In this document: positions 20,141 through 30,172 of the stretch, one piece after another
Layout: each line of letters begins with the position of its first letter
How positions within the stretch are numbered: position 1 is the first letter of the stretch
Origin: Fibrobacteria bacterium
Lineage (GTDB): Bacteria > Fibrobacterota > Fibrobacteria > UBA11236
Reading direction: 5' to 3'
DNA: 64,000 nucleotides
Assembly: GCA_043745805.1 (NCBI GenBank)
Contig: JAYTSD010000004.1
Location: forward strand, 192,001-256,000
Position numbers and translations under genes: made by a program
The notes under the pieces: generated by a model
Told to the model about the DNA's origin: nothing
The model's database searches: none
The model's input: only the letters and a program-made list of their open reading frames with translations

Positions 20141-20184
20141 TTATTTTTAAATTTGCAGTTTTGTTTATTGGATAAGGGGAGTAT

Positions 20185-21555
20185 ATGGTTTCTGCCATTT
20201 TTAGAGAATATGATATTCGAGGAATAGTACCTTCTGAACTTAGTCAGGACACTATCGTTAAAATCGCCAAAGCTTTTGGTACAATTTTAAGACAGCGCAA
20301 TTTAAAAACCATTTCTGTTGGTGGTGATGTGCGTTTACATACACCACAAATTAAAGCTTGGTTTATTCAAGCCATTAATGAAACGGGAATTGATGTAATT
20401 GATATTGGAATTATTACTACTCCCGTCAGTTATTTTAGCGCCTACCACTTGCAAATAGATGGCTTTGCCATGATTACCGCGAGCCATAATCCTAAAGAGT
20501 ACAATGGTTTTAAATTGGGCATTGGTAAAACAACTATTTATGGAAATGACATTATCGAAGTACGCGATTTAGCAGCCAAGGGAGAGTTTACCCAAGGTCA
20601 AGGCAGCTGTAAGGAAGAAAGTATTACCGATGATTATTGTGATTATGTTATCGGCAAATTCAAATTACAAAAACCCATAACCGTGGTTTATGATCCGGCC
20701 AATGCGACAGGTGCCTTATTCGGTAAAAAAATTCTGGAAGGTATTGGCGCAACCGTGATCGCCATTAATAATGAAGTAGATGGGAATTTTCCCAGTCATC
20801 ATCCTGACCCCACCATTTGGGAGAATATGATACAACTTTCCGAAAAAGTAAAATCCATTGGCAGCCCTATTGGCATTGGTTTAGATGGCGACTCGGATAG
20901 AATTGGTATCATCGATGAAACCGGCGAATTAATTCCAGGCGATTTACTCACCTTAATTCTCGCTAAAGACTTACTACAAAGAAGGCCCAAAGCCAAAATT
21001 ATTTATGAAGTCAAATCGACCATGGCCATGGAAGAAGAAATTGAAAAAGCCGGTGGCATTCCCATTATGTGGAAGGTTGGCCATTCTTTACTCAAAGCGA
21101 AAATGGCCAGTGAAAATGCTTTACTGGCGGGTGAATTAAGTGGACATATTTTTATTGCGGATGATTATTTTGGTTTTGATGATGCCATTTATGCAGCTTG
21201 CCGAGTCCTTAATATTATGGATAAAACCGGCAAAACTATCACCCAACTTCTGGAAGGTGTTCCCCGTTACCCCAATACTCCTGAAATCCGTTGCGAATGC
21301 GAAAATGATGATGAAAAATTTAAAATCACTGCCAAAGCTGTAAAGTATTTTTCCGAGAATTATAAAGTTTTAGCCATAGATGGTGTGCGCATTTTGTTCT
21401 CTGATGGTTGGGGTCTAGTGCGAGCTTCCAATACACAACCCACTCTAGTCACACGCTTTGAAGGCAAAACGGCTGCACGCCGTGATGAAATTAAAAATAT
21501 GGTACTAAACAAAATCCAAGAGTTTGGTAATATCATCATTGGATCAAAGCATTAA
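20185..21555 (+). CDS. Phosphomannomutase/phosphoglucomutase
   Basis: FREYDIRG, ITASHNP, DGDSDR, GELSGH, GLVRASNTQP. Confidence 0.95.
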   Translation: MVSAIFREYDIRGIVPSELSQDTIVKIAKAFGTILRQRNLKTISVGGDVRLHTPQIKAWFIQAINETGIDVIDIGIITTPVSYFSAYHLQIDGFAMITASHNPKEYNGFKLGIGKTTIYGNDIIEVRDLAAKGEFTQGQGSCKEESITDDYCDYVIGKFKLQKPITVVYDPANATGALFGKKILEGIGATVIAINNEVDGNFPSHHPDPTIWENMIQLSEKVKSIGSPIGIGLDGDSDRIGIIDETGELIPGDLLTLILAKDLLQRRPKAKIIYEVKSTMAMEEEIEKAGGIPIMWKVGHSLLKAKMASENALLAGELSGHIFIADDYFGFDDAIYAACRVLNIMDKTGKTITQLLEGVPRYPNTPEIRCECENDDEKFKITAKAVKYFSENYKVLAIDGVRILFSDGWGLVRASNTQPTLVTRFEGKTAARRDEIKNMVLNKIQEFGNIIIGSKH

Positions 21556-21575
21556 AAAAATATTCTTGTTAAATA

Positions 21576-21607
21576 AAAAAAGGACGATTACATAATCGTC
21601 CTTTTTT
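21576..21607. terminator. Bidirectional intrinsic terminator
   Basis: aaaaaaggacgatta-ca-taatcgtcctttttt. Confidence 0.85.
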
Positions 21608-21668
21608 GCAGCGTTCCTCTGTTACATAGCAATTATCTGACCTAGCAGAGGAGTTCCGTTGCGCGGGA

Positions 21669-23648
21669 TTATTTTATTTGTCCATTCCTTTTTAGCCAAT
21701 CTTTCATTGCTAGAAATAAAGCTTGTTTCTTTGCATTACTATTTTCGCCAGCGATTTGAAAAACACCACGTTTTTGGCTGAAAAGATATTCGCTTTCCCC
21801 AGAAGAACTAACTGGAGCGAGATTATTCAAATCCCAATCGATGGGTATTTGCTGTGGAAATTGCAAAAGTAACTGCTTCAATTCCAATAAAGCCTCCGCA
21901 GATATTTGGACATAAAATCGTATGGCTTTTGTATTATCATTAGGATTACTTTTAATATTTAAAACTCTTCCTTTTTCCGAGATATAAATATCGACCAAAC
22001 AAGGTTTTGATTCCAGTCCATCAAAACGAAATTCTTGTGAACTTTGTAAAATGCGATAATTCAATAATGGATCCATAAATTCCAAATCGATTGGAATAAT
22101 TCTTTCTCGTAATTCTAAAGAATCAGCAGTATAACGTTGTATCAGATTGGATCCTTGTGGATTCGAAATGTGAAAAACCTCAACCCCTTTTCCATTCATT
22201 TCTATCATCATGGAACCTACGCGCTCTGATGAACTTGTATTTTTATACCACGATGACTTTATGTTTTCTAATAAATGAATATTTTGAAAATAATCGACTT
22301 GTTTAAAACTGCGTAGGCGCATTGCTTTGCCACGTGTCACATTATCCGGAACAAGCACAAAACTGACTTGCTGCCCAGGCTTTAATTGTGAACTATTTAA
22401 CGATTGTTCATAGGTGTGAAGGTTATACCGCAATAATGCATCTTGATGTCCAATGCCTCCTTCACCGAGATTTTGTAATTCCCCTCCTAACGGTAAAACT
22501 ATATAATTAGGTAATGAGGTATCGCCTACAAAGCTTATTTCATCAAGTCCCCAAAATTGCAAATCATTTCCCTGTAATAATTTTTTCTTATTGATCTTAA
22601 ATTTCCAGTATACTTCTCCATTAATAGATCCAAAATTAGTCGGCTCAATAGCTTGCGCATCAATTATAAAATATGGCATTGTTTGTTGAGATTCACTGGC
22701 AAGATTAAAAATCCACTTCTTTTCTACCATGCCACTTTGTAGATAAATTTTCAAAACAATCTTATTGCTAAACCCTTCCAAAAGCATATTTGAATTCATT
22801 TCTAAACTTGGAGCCAATTTATATTGGCTTTCCATATCGGCATTCAAATATTTATTGTGAGGGATGCTTTTACCATTTGCGCTCCAAACTACCGAGTCAA
22901 TCAAGGCCATAGGAGCATCCACTTGCACTTGAAAAGCCCAAGGCAATTGGCTAAATGAGGCTCTGATGGTATCACCCATATTTCCATCTATCACATAGCC
23001 ATAATTAAGCTTGAGCGTGTCGGCTATAGTTGTTTTGCGACCAGGTTCGATATGAATAGGAATATTATTTAAAGGATTAGCCCCTTCGTATTGAACAGTT
23101 AATAAATAATCCCCAGTTGGAATTTTGTTAAAGTTGAAGCGACCATTTAATTCCGACTCAATTGTCCATGGGGTTCCAATTAAATGTAAAGTGAATTTTT
23201 TGTGGTGCAAGGGATCGTTCGTCCAAGCCACGCCTTCAATGGATCCGAGGCTGTCGAGACGTAATTTACTTAAATTATTTTCCATCTCGGGATTGTAATT
23301 ATAATCGTATACCAAGCCCAAATTTACGCTATCGGTTGCAATTAATAAATAATTACCGGCATCCATTTTAGTAAAGCTGAATTCACCATTATCATTTGAA
23401 GTTGTTCGAAATATGGCTCCATCCTTACGAGAATACATAGAGACTGAAGCATTTTTTAGTGGATCATAATGTGGGTTTAAAATCATCCCTGTAACATTAC
23501 CCGCTTCGGTGCCGCCACCGCGGGGTGTAGAACTCAACCTATTATCTAAATCAAAGGTTTGGTCGCAACCTATTAATAACAAGCCTGCGAAAAAGAAAAA
23601 CAGCAATGTTTTACGATTTTTTTTCACAGAGGCGAAACTCAATTCCAT
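21669..23648 (-). CDS. Lipoprotein with tandem carboxypeptidase-regulatory-like (beta-sandwich) domains
   Basis: GAGG RBS before ATG 23648; lipobox LLIGC; GGGTEAGNVTG; TTSNDNGEFSF..AGNYLL and ESELNGRFNF..PTGDYLL repeats. Confidence 0.7.
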   Translation of the reverse strand: MELSFASVKKNRKTLLFFFFAGLLLIGCDQTFDLDNRLSSTPRGGGTEAGNVTGMILNPHYDPLKNASVSMYSRKDGAIFRTTSNDNGEFSFTKMDAGNYLLIATDSVNLGLVYDYNYNPEMENNLSKLRLDSLGSIEGVAWTNDPLHHKKFTLHLIGTPWTIESELNGRFNFNKIPTGDYLLTVQYEGANPLNNIPIHIEPGRKTTIADTLKLNYGYVIDGNMGDTIRASFSQLPWAFQVQVDAPMALIDSVVWSANGKSIPHNKYLNADMESQYKLAPSLEMNSNMLLEGFSNKIVLKIYLQSGMVEKKWIFNLASESQQTMPYFIIDAQAIEPTNFGSINGEVYWKFKINKKKLLQGNDLQFWGLDEISFVGDTSLPNYIVLPLGGELQNLGEGGIGHQDALLRYNLHTYEQSLNSSQLKPGQQVSFVLVPDNVTRGKAMRLRSFKQVDYFQNIHLLENIKSSWYKNTSSSERVGSMMIEMNGKGVEVFHISNPQGSNLIQRYTADSLELRERIIPIDLEFMDPLLNYRILQSSQEFRFDGLESKPCLVDIYISEKGRVLNIKSNPNDNTKAIRFYVQISAEALLELKQLLLQFPQQIPIDWDLNNLAPVSSSGESEYLFSQKRGVFQIAGENSNAKKQALFLAMKDWLKRNGQIK

Positions 23649-23664
23649 TGTGTAGTCCTCAGTT

Positions 23665-24489
23665 TCATTTGCGCGTGAGAGGGAATAATTGCAAATTGCA
23701 TTGGAAAATTCTATCGGGCTTAATTTCATCTAAAGCCATTTTTAATATTCTTTTTCGCAATAATCGAATTTCTTCTACCGCGGCCAAAAAACTAGTGTCC
23801 GACAAAGTTACCGTGAGCACAGAAATATCTCGGTCAGGATGAGGAATTCTATCAATGGCTGTTTTCGCTAATTCCATAGTAGCCACTTGAAAATTCGCCA
23901 CCTGCAAAGATTTTACTTCATCCCCAGTGCCAATTAAATTTTCTTTTTGACGATAAATTCCTTTACCGTCTTTTTCGATTAAACCTAATTGCGTCAACAC
24001 TTCTATCGCTTCTTTGGCATCTTGGGTTTTGATACTGGGCAACATTTTCTTTGCAAGCGCTTCATAATCATTTCGAAAAGGAAAGAAAAATAAAAGCTCC
24101 CTAATAGCAACATAATGCCATTTGGAAAATAATTCGTATTGTGATTCTTCTATTTTTTTTATCCGCAAAGGTTTAATAGAAAGCAAATTACGGAAAAAGC
24201 GATTTTTATCCGCTAAGGTTTTGGACTGATTAAAGGCGACTAAGTTTTCAAAATAAAAAGTGGATTTTTTGTCGAGCTGCAAAGCTTCGGCTAATTTGCT
24301 TACATGCGAGAGTGGTAAATTACGTTTTTTGGTAATGATATTGGATAAAAAACCACTGGAGCTCACACCCATTTTAGCCAATAAATAACGATGGGAAAAC
24401 TTAGGCTTAATCGCCTTCATTTCCTTCAACCAATCCGATAGATATTGGCGATAATCGTAATATGCAAAAAGATCCAATGAACTGTTCAC
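23665..24489 (-). CDS. TIGR02147 family protein (N-terminal HTH + DUF4423)
   Basis: YYDYRQYL, FSHR, SSGFL..KRNL, FSKWHYVAIRE, RDISVLT, FQCNLQLFPL. Confidence 0.88.
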   Translation of the reverse strand: MNSSLDLFAYYDYRQYLSDWLKEMKAIKPKFSHRYLLAKMGVSSSGFLSNIITKKRNLPLSHVSKLAEALQLDKKSTFYFENLVAFNQSKTLADKNRFFRNLLSIKPLRIKKIEESQYELFSKWHYVAIRELLFFFPFRNDYEALAKKMLPSIKTQDAKEAIEVLTQLGLIEKDGKGIYRQKENLIGTGDEVKSLQVANFQVATMELAKTAIDRIPHPDRDISVLTVTLSDTSFLAAVEEIRLLRKRILKMALDEIKPDRIFQCNLQLFPLTRK

Positions 24490-24566
24490 AAGATCTAGTA
24501 TAGATTGCAGAATTAAATGGCGCTGCCCATTTTAAAAAATTACTGCTTACAAATTGGGAGCAGGTT

Positions 24567-25679
24567 TTAACCCTTATAGGTATCGCCAAAGACAATATCC
24601 GGCTCATTTTTTCCATTTAGCTCTTTTACTTCATGGAATACACGACCCCGATAATTCACCACACTGGCAAAAAAAGCATCTAATTCAGTAAAAAATTCAT
24701 CCGTAGATTGTGACCTTAATAAGGTGGTACGCCCTTTGGCACTATTGGGTAAGCATTTCATAGTACGCGCCGCCATTTGCTTGAGCTTGCCTAGCACGCG
24801 CATTTCTATGTCCATTTCTTCGCGCAATAATTCGGCATAGAGTCGAAAAATATCGCGTTGTTCATCGAGTGTCGGCTCTTTAGGAATAATGCCGGCATAG
24901 ACATCGGCCACTTGATTGAATATCCAAGGATTATGCATCGCGCCGCGACCAATAGCCACACCGTCTACGCCCCATCGCTCTAATTTATCCACCACATCGT
25001 CTACCGTGAGGATGTCCCCATTGCCCACCACGGGAATGCTTGCACGACTTTTGGCTTCCGCCATAATCTCCCAATTGGCCAAACCCTTATACCCTTGTGC
25101 GCGCGTGCGGCCGTGAATCACTAAGGCACTAGCCCCTTCGCCTTCAACAATGCGTTGAGTTTCGGGTAAGTTGATGCAATCATCACTCCAACCAATTCGC
25201 ACTTTTACTGTAACCGGGATTTTAACTGCCTTTTGCACTTTGCCGATAATATTTTTCAAATTATCTAAGTCTTTAAGCAAACCGGAGCCGCCACCTTTTT
25301 GCACTACTTTGGGCGCGGGGCAACCACAATTGATTTCCACAAAATCAGCACCGCAGTCTTCTACCATTTGCGCTCCCCAAGCCATGCGCTCAGGTTCGCC
25401 ACCAAAAATCTGTACCGTAAAAGGACGTTCTTCTTCCGCAAAAGCCATTTGTCGACAACATTTGGGATTCAAGCGGGTAATCCCTTCCACCGAAACAAAT
25501 TCCGAAACCATTAAGCCTGTGCGTCCGCCCGCTAGGCGAGAGACTAATCGACGAAAAGAAATATCGGTTACCCCAGACATAGGCGCTAAATACACATTGG
25601 GGAAAATATCTTTTCCCGCTACCGTGTAGCGTTGTTTAATCTTGGCGGCTCTCGCCAATAAATCTTCGTGATAAGTCAT
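24567..25679 (-). CDS. dusB: tRNA-dihydrouridine synthase (DusB-like)
   Basis: LAPMSGVTD..FRR, QIFG, INCGCP, HGRT, GNGDI, IGRGA..NPWIF. Confidence 0.88.
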   Translation of the reverse strand: MTYHEDLLARAAKIKQRYTVAGKDIFPNVYLAPMSGVTDISFRRLVSRLAGGRTGLMVSEFVSVEGITRLNPKCCRQMAFAEEERPFTVQIFGGEPERMAWGAQMVEDCGADFVEINCGCPAPKVVQKGGGSGLLKDLDNLKNIIGKVQKAVKIPVTVKVRIGWSDDCINLPETQRIVEGEGASALVIHGRTRAQGYKGLANWEIMAEAKSRASIPVVGNGDILTVDDVVDKLERWGVDGVAIGRGAMHNPWIFNQVADVYAGIIPKEPTLDEQRDIFRLYAELLREEMDIEMRVLGKLKQMAARTMKCLPNSAKGRTTLLRSQSTDEFFTELDAFFASVVNYRGRVFHEVKELNGKNEPDIVFGDTYKG

Positions 25680-25702
25680 TTTATTTTTTTCCCAGCCGTT
25701 TA

Positions 25703-26962
25703 CTATGCAGCTACGAAAGCATTTTTATAAAGAGGAAAATGCGCACATAATTCTTTAACGTCATTATGAATCGTTTGCAAATACGCTTCATCGCCTACAT
25801 GCATTATTGCTCTATCAATAAAATCCGCTACTTGACGAATTTCACTCGCACCCATGCCACGTGTAGTAATAGCTGCCGTGCCTAAGCGCACGCCCGAGGG
25901 ATCCATGGCTTTTCGCGTATCAAAAGGTACGGTACTACGACTGCAAGAAATTCCAATTTTATCGAGCGCCACTTCAGCTGCTTTACCCGCAACATCTTTG
26001 TTACGTAGATCAACAACCATCAAATGATTATCCGTGCCGTCGGTTAAAATGCGATAACCTTTTTCCATTAATGCCGACGCTAAAGTTTGTGCATTGATAA
26101 TCACATTTTTCGCATAGGTTTGGAATTCAGGTTGCAAAGCTTCTTTAAAGCAAACCGCTTTAGCAGCATTGATATGATCATGTGGGCCGCCTTGTATACC
26201 AGGGAATATGGAACGATCGATATCCTTTTGGAATTGGCTTTTGCACATGATAATCGCGCCGCGCGGGCCACGCAAAGTTTTGTGAGTAGTCGTAGTTACT
26301 ATATCAAAAAGAGGCACGGGATTCTCAATAGCTTTACCGGCTATGAGGCCTGCGACATGCGCAATATCACCAAAAGTGATTGCACCCACTTCGTCGGCAA
26401 TACTTTTAAAAGCTTTCCAATCGATATTGCGTGAGTAAGCGGAGAAACCGGCGATGATCATTTTCGGACGTTCACGCAAAGCAATTTCGCGTACTTTGTT
26501 CATATCAATACGACAAGTTTTTTCATCCACTTCATACTGTGAAAACTGATACATCATACCGGAAAAATTCACGGGATGGCCATGGGATAAATGTCCACCA
26601 TGATCGAGTTTTAAACCAAGCACTTTATCGCCAGGTTTTGCCACCGCTAAATACACCGCTAAATTGGCAGGCGAACCGGAAAGTGGTTGAATATTAACAT
26701 GCTCAGCACCGAATAATTCTTTGGCGCGCGCAATGGCTAAAGTTTCCATTTGGTCGATGACTTCATTGCCCCCATAATAGCGTTTGCCAGGGTAACCTTC
26801 GGAATACTTATTGGTGAGTACGGATCCCATGGCTTCTAAAATTGCTGGGCTCACATAATTTTCGGAGGCGATAAGCTCAATGCCTTCTTCTTGGCGTTTG
26901 GCTTCATGCTGAATAATTTTCAGGATTTCGGTATCGGTGTGCTTTAAGTTTTGCATAGTCAT
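25703..26962 (-). CDS. glyA: Serine hydroxymethyltransferase
   Basis: LIASEN, NKYSEGYPGKRYYGG, GGHLSHG, TTTHKTLRGPRG, GTDNHL. Confidence 0.97.
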   Translation of the reverse strand: MTMQNLKHTDTEILKIIQHEAKRQEEGIELIASENYVSPAILEAMGSVLTNKYSEGYPGKRYYGGNEVIDQMETLAIARAKELFGAEHVNIQPLSGSPANLAVYLAVAKPGDKVLGLKLDHGGHLSHGHPVNFSGMMYQFSQYEVDEKTCRIDMNKVREIALRERPKMIIAGFSAYSRNIDWKAFKSIADEVGAITFGDIAHVAGLIAGKAIENPVPLFDIVTTTTHKTLRGPRGAIIMCKSQFQKDIDRSIFPGIQGGPHDHINAAKAVCFKEALQPEFQTYAKNVIINAQTLASALMEKGYRILTDGTDNHLMVVDLRNKDVAGKAAEVALDKIGISCSRSTVPFDTRKAMDPSGVRLGTAAITTRGMGASEIRQVADFIDRAIMHVGDEAYLQTIHNDVKELCAHFPLYKNAFVAA

Positions 26963-27207
26963 CCGGCTTTAAAGGAAGCGGCAAATGTAGAAAAATCACG
27001 GGTTTTATTGGGCGGGAAAGATGTTACTCGGAATTGAGAAATTCGGGACGCTAAAGGATTTTATCAGCTATTAAAACAAAAATAACCTAAGGCAAGCTAA
27101 CTACATCTAAATCAATTAGTTTCATTAACCCAAAATACCAGTTTTGGCGTATATGCAAAAAACCAAAGCTTCCCTTAGTTGTTCGTAACTCCTAAATTTT
27201 AGCTCCT

Positions 27208-28389
27208 TTAACTCCTGTAAGAAGCGTTAATCTTGACATAGTCATAAGTCAAGTCGCAGGTCCAATAAGTCCACTCACTAGAGCCGGAGTGCAGATTTAA
27301 AACGATGGAAATATCTTTAGCCAACATTTTATCCGCCACGTCCTTTTCCACATAACTCGCCGGATTGCCACCCCGTAACACGGGTGTTTCGCAAAAATCG
27401 AGATCGAGTTTTTGTGGATCAAAAGCCACACCACAAGAGCCCGCCGCTGCAACCACACGACCCCAATTGGGATCGCCGCCGAACAGTGCGGTTTTCACTA
27501 AAGGAGAATTCGCCACCCCTTGCGCTATGGTTTTGGCTTGCGCCGCATTTTCGCAGCTTTTTACTTGAATGGTGACTAACTTGGTCGCCCCTTCCCCATC
27601 ACGCACAATAAGCTTGGCTAATTTTTGCATTAAGGAAAGTAAAGAGTCGTCGAAGGATTTTTGCTCCGTAGCATGGAGGTTAACATAATTCACACCACTG
27701 GCCCCATTGGCTAAAAGCAAGGCCGTGTCATTGGTGCTCATATCGCCATCTACCGAAATGGAATTAAAACTTTTCTCCACCAAGGCTGCGAATTTTTCTT
27801 GATAACTTGCCGGTAATGCTATATCTGTGGTGAGATAAGCCAGCATGGTAGCCATATTGGGACGTATCATGCCCGCGCCTTTGACCGCGCCGCCGATGCG
27901 GATTTCTTCGCCTTGAATCGTTAAGGAAATCTCTCCGATTTTTTCAAAGGTATCCGTAGTCATAATGGCCTGATGAAAGGGGCTATAATCCTTTTCCTTG
28001 GCGAATAAACGGCGAATGCCCGCGCTTAATTTTTCCATTGGTAATACTTCGCCAATAACCCCGGTGGAAGAAATTAAAAGATCGCCCTTGGCGGATGAAA
28101 CCTCGAGTAAAAGAGAGGCCGTTTCTAAAACATTTTTATCACCGACTTCGCCTGTACAGGCATTAGCATTGCCGCTATTGACTAAAACATGAGAGATTTT
28201 TTTTCCGCTCTGTAAAACTTTAATGTCATATTTCACCGGCGCCGCTTGAAAAACATTGGTGGTGAATACGCCGAAGGTTTGTGCGGGAGGTTCGGAAACT
28301 AAAATGCCTAAATCGGGTTTGCCATTTTTTTTTATTTGGCAAGCCAAGCCCCAAGCGATAAAGCCCTTTGGATAAGTCACATTTTGCAT
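27208..28389 (-). CDS. argJ: Bifunctional ornithine acetyltransferase / N-acetylglutamate synthase
   Basis: NSGNANACTG, SSTGVIG, AIMTTD, KGAGMIRPNMATML, STNDT, DGEGATK, DPNWGR. Confidence 0.96.
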   Translation of the reverse strand: MQNVTYPKGFIAWGLACQIKKNGKPDLGILVSEPPAQTFGVFTTNVFQAAPVKYDIKVLQSGKKISHVLVNSGNANACTGEVGDKNVLETASLLLEVSSAKGDLLISSTGVIGEVLPMEKLSAGIRRLFAKEKDYSPFHQAIMTTDTFEKIGEISLTIQGEEIRIGGAVKGAGMIRPNMATMLAYLTTDIALPASYQEKFAALVEKSFNSISVDGDMSTNDTALLLANGASGVNYVNLHATEQKSFDDSLLSLMQKLAKLIVRDGEGATKLVTIQVKSCENAAQAKTIAQGVANSPLVKTALFGGDPNWGRVVAAAGSCGVAFDPQKLDLDFCETPVLRGGNPASYVEKDVADKMLAKDISIVLNLHSGSSEWTYWTCDLTYDYVKINASYRS

Positions 28390-28559
28390 AAACCCTCAAT
28401 AAAACTCAAAAGATATCGTAAAAAATTATGATTCGCAGCCTTTTTTAGTGCAAATTCTGTAAACTTGCCGAAAGTTCTGCTCTTAAAATTGGTAAAAATC
28501 TATATTTTGTATCAGCTAAACCAATACTTTTGGTTTGAGATCAAATTTTAGAATGCATT

Positions 28560-28638
28560 AACGACTATGCTATTAAAAGTAGCAGGCAGTCGTTTTTTGT
28601 TTCAGTTAAATATTTCAAAGTCTTGAAATATTTAACTG
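28560..28638 (+). promoter_or_regulatory. Structured greA leader: terminator-like hairpin plus a perfect 16-bp inverted repeat
   Basis: aacgact..tgcta/tagca..agtcgtt + T-tract (28560-28598); cagttaaatatttcaa-agtc-ttgaaatatttaactg (28603-28638). Confidence 0.55.
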
Positions 28639-28668
28639 TGAATTTTGCCGTAATGGCATGGAGGTTTT

Positions 28669-29142
28669 ATGAGTGATGGAAGAATTCCGATGACGCAATT
28701 GGCTTTTGATAAGCTGACGGCGGAATTAGAAGTTTTAAAAAAAACCGATAGGCCTGCGATTATTTATGAAATTGCTACGGCGCGCGCGCAAGGTGATTTG
28801 AGTGAAAATGCGGAGTATCATGCGGCCAAAGAAAAGCAAGGCGTGATTGAAGACAAGATTAAAGAAGTGGAAGATAAATTAGCACGTTCCGAAATTATGA
28901 CGCTTTCCGCTGCGGATAGTGATCATGTTATTTTTGGCGCCATCGTTTCCGTAAAAAATTTAGGTACCAATAAAGTTTTGGAATATACCTTGGTGAGTTC
29001 CGATGAAGTCGATGTGCCCAATGGAAAAATTTCTTCGGCCTCTCCTATCGGTAAAAGTTTGCTGGGCAAAAAATCAGGCGATGTCGTGGAAGTTATGATT
29101 CCCAAGGGTTTAATTCAATTGGAAATTTTGAATTACCGTTAA
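28669..29142 (+). CDS. greA: Transcription elongation factor GreA
   Basis: ARAQGDLSENAEYHAAK, ISSASPIGKSLLGK; GGAGG RBS. Confidence 0.96.
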   Translation: MSDGRIPMTQLAFDKLTAELEVLKKTDRPAIIYEIATARAQGDLSENAEYHAAKEKQGVIEDKIKEVEDKLARSEIMTLSAADSDHVIFGAIVSVKNLGTNKVLEYTLVSSDEVDVPNGKISSASPIGKSLLGKKSGDVVEVMIPKGLIQLEILNYR

Positions 29143-30119
29143 TGCCCTTATTTGCATTTAGCGGCAATGATGATTTAAGCAAACAGGAAGCCTTGGACAA
29201 GGCTTTGCTGCAATGGTTAAATGCTGCGGGCTTTGCTGCACAAAGTGATCAAGATGGCTCGCTGCATAAAGAATTTTTTTTTGGTGATGACTTTCCAGTT
29301 GAGCGTTTTATGGAGAGTTATCAAACCGTTTCACTTTTCGTTGAAAAAAAAGCTCTCATTCTCAAAAATGTGGATAAAGTTCCCGCCGCTAGCTTGAAAC
29401 GTTTGGAAACGCTTTTCAAAACCGATAATCCTGATAGAGCGGTATTTGCCACGCTCGATAAATGGGGCACCGGATCTACTTTGAAAAAAATCTTTACCCA
29501 GCATGGTGAAATTTCGGAATTTAAATTGCCTTATGCGAATCAAATTCCCGCTTGGCTGAATCAACGCGCCAAACAAAAATATCAAAGGCATTTGGGATTA
29601 AGCGAAGCGCAATTTTTGCAAGATATGGTGGGCGCAGACATGGCTGAATTGGATAGAGAATTAGAAAAGCTCGATACTTTTTTGCCCAAGAAGCAGGCGA
29701 TTTCCCATGCCGATATTGAAGAGTTGATTGCGCCGACACGTGCCATCGATATTTTTGAATTTCAAAAAAATATGGGCTTAAGGCAGAAAACCTTGCAATT
29801 GCAGGCCTTGCGGAGCATGCTCGATAATGGGGATCCCGCTTTTCAAATTGCTTTATTATTGTTTCGGCACTTTTTGGTTTTGTTAAAAATCCGCGATCGA
29901 CTCGATCAAGGGCAAAATCCCAAGGATATCGCCGATGCACTCAAGCTCAATTATTTTTTTCATTTCCAACGTTTAAATTTTGTCGATCAAGCGCGCTCAC
30001 GCAGCGTGACGCTATGGAAAAAATGTCTTATTCGTTTGTCACAAATGGAATTGGAATTTAAACAAGGCAAAATGACGCAACGATTTGAAATTGAAATGGC
30101 TTTTGCGACTTTAGTTTAA
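29142..30119 (+). CDS. holA: DNA polymerase III subunit delta
   Basis: SLF..K, MVGADM..LDRELEKL, IFEF motifs; typical length; TAATG coupling with greA. Confidence 0.8.
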   Translation: MPLFAFSGNDDLSKQEALDKALLQWLNAAGFAAQSDQDGSLHKEFFFGDDFPVERFMESYQTVSLFVEKKALILKNVDKVPAASLKRLETLFKTDNPDRAVFATLDKWGTGSTLKKIFTQHGEISEFKLPYANQIPAWLNQRAKQKYQRHLGLSEAQFLQDMVGADMAELDRELEKLDTFLPKKQAISHADIEELIAPTRAIDIFEFQKNMGLRQKTLQLQALRSMLDNGDPAFQIALLLFRHFLVLLKIRDRLDQGQNPKDIADALKLNYFFHFQRLNFVDQARSRSVTLWKKCLIRLSQMELEFKQGKMTQRFEIEMAFATLV

Positions 30120-30172
30120 TATAATCTTCTTTTCTATTCTTCTATTCTCATTGTCTTTTATTGGAGGTCACT

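Noticed and set aside
23649-23729. N-terminal extension of the lipoprotein overlapping TIGR02147 (similar extensions on murE, murF, 33128 and 62768)
   Set aside because: Downstream ATGs with an RBS or stop-start coupling give more plausible starts
26963-27207. ZTP or THF riboswitch upstream of glyA
   Set aside because: No recognisable conserved motifs, and a promoter-like element lies only about 20 nt from the start
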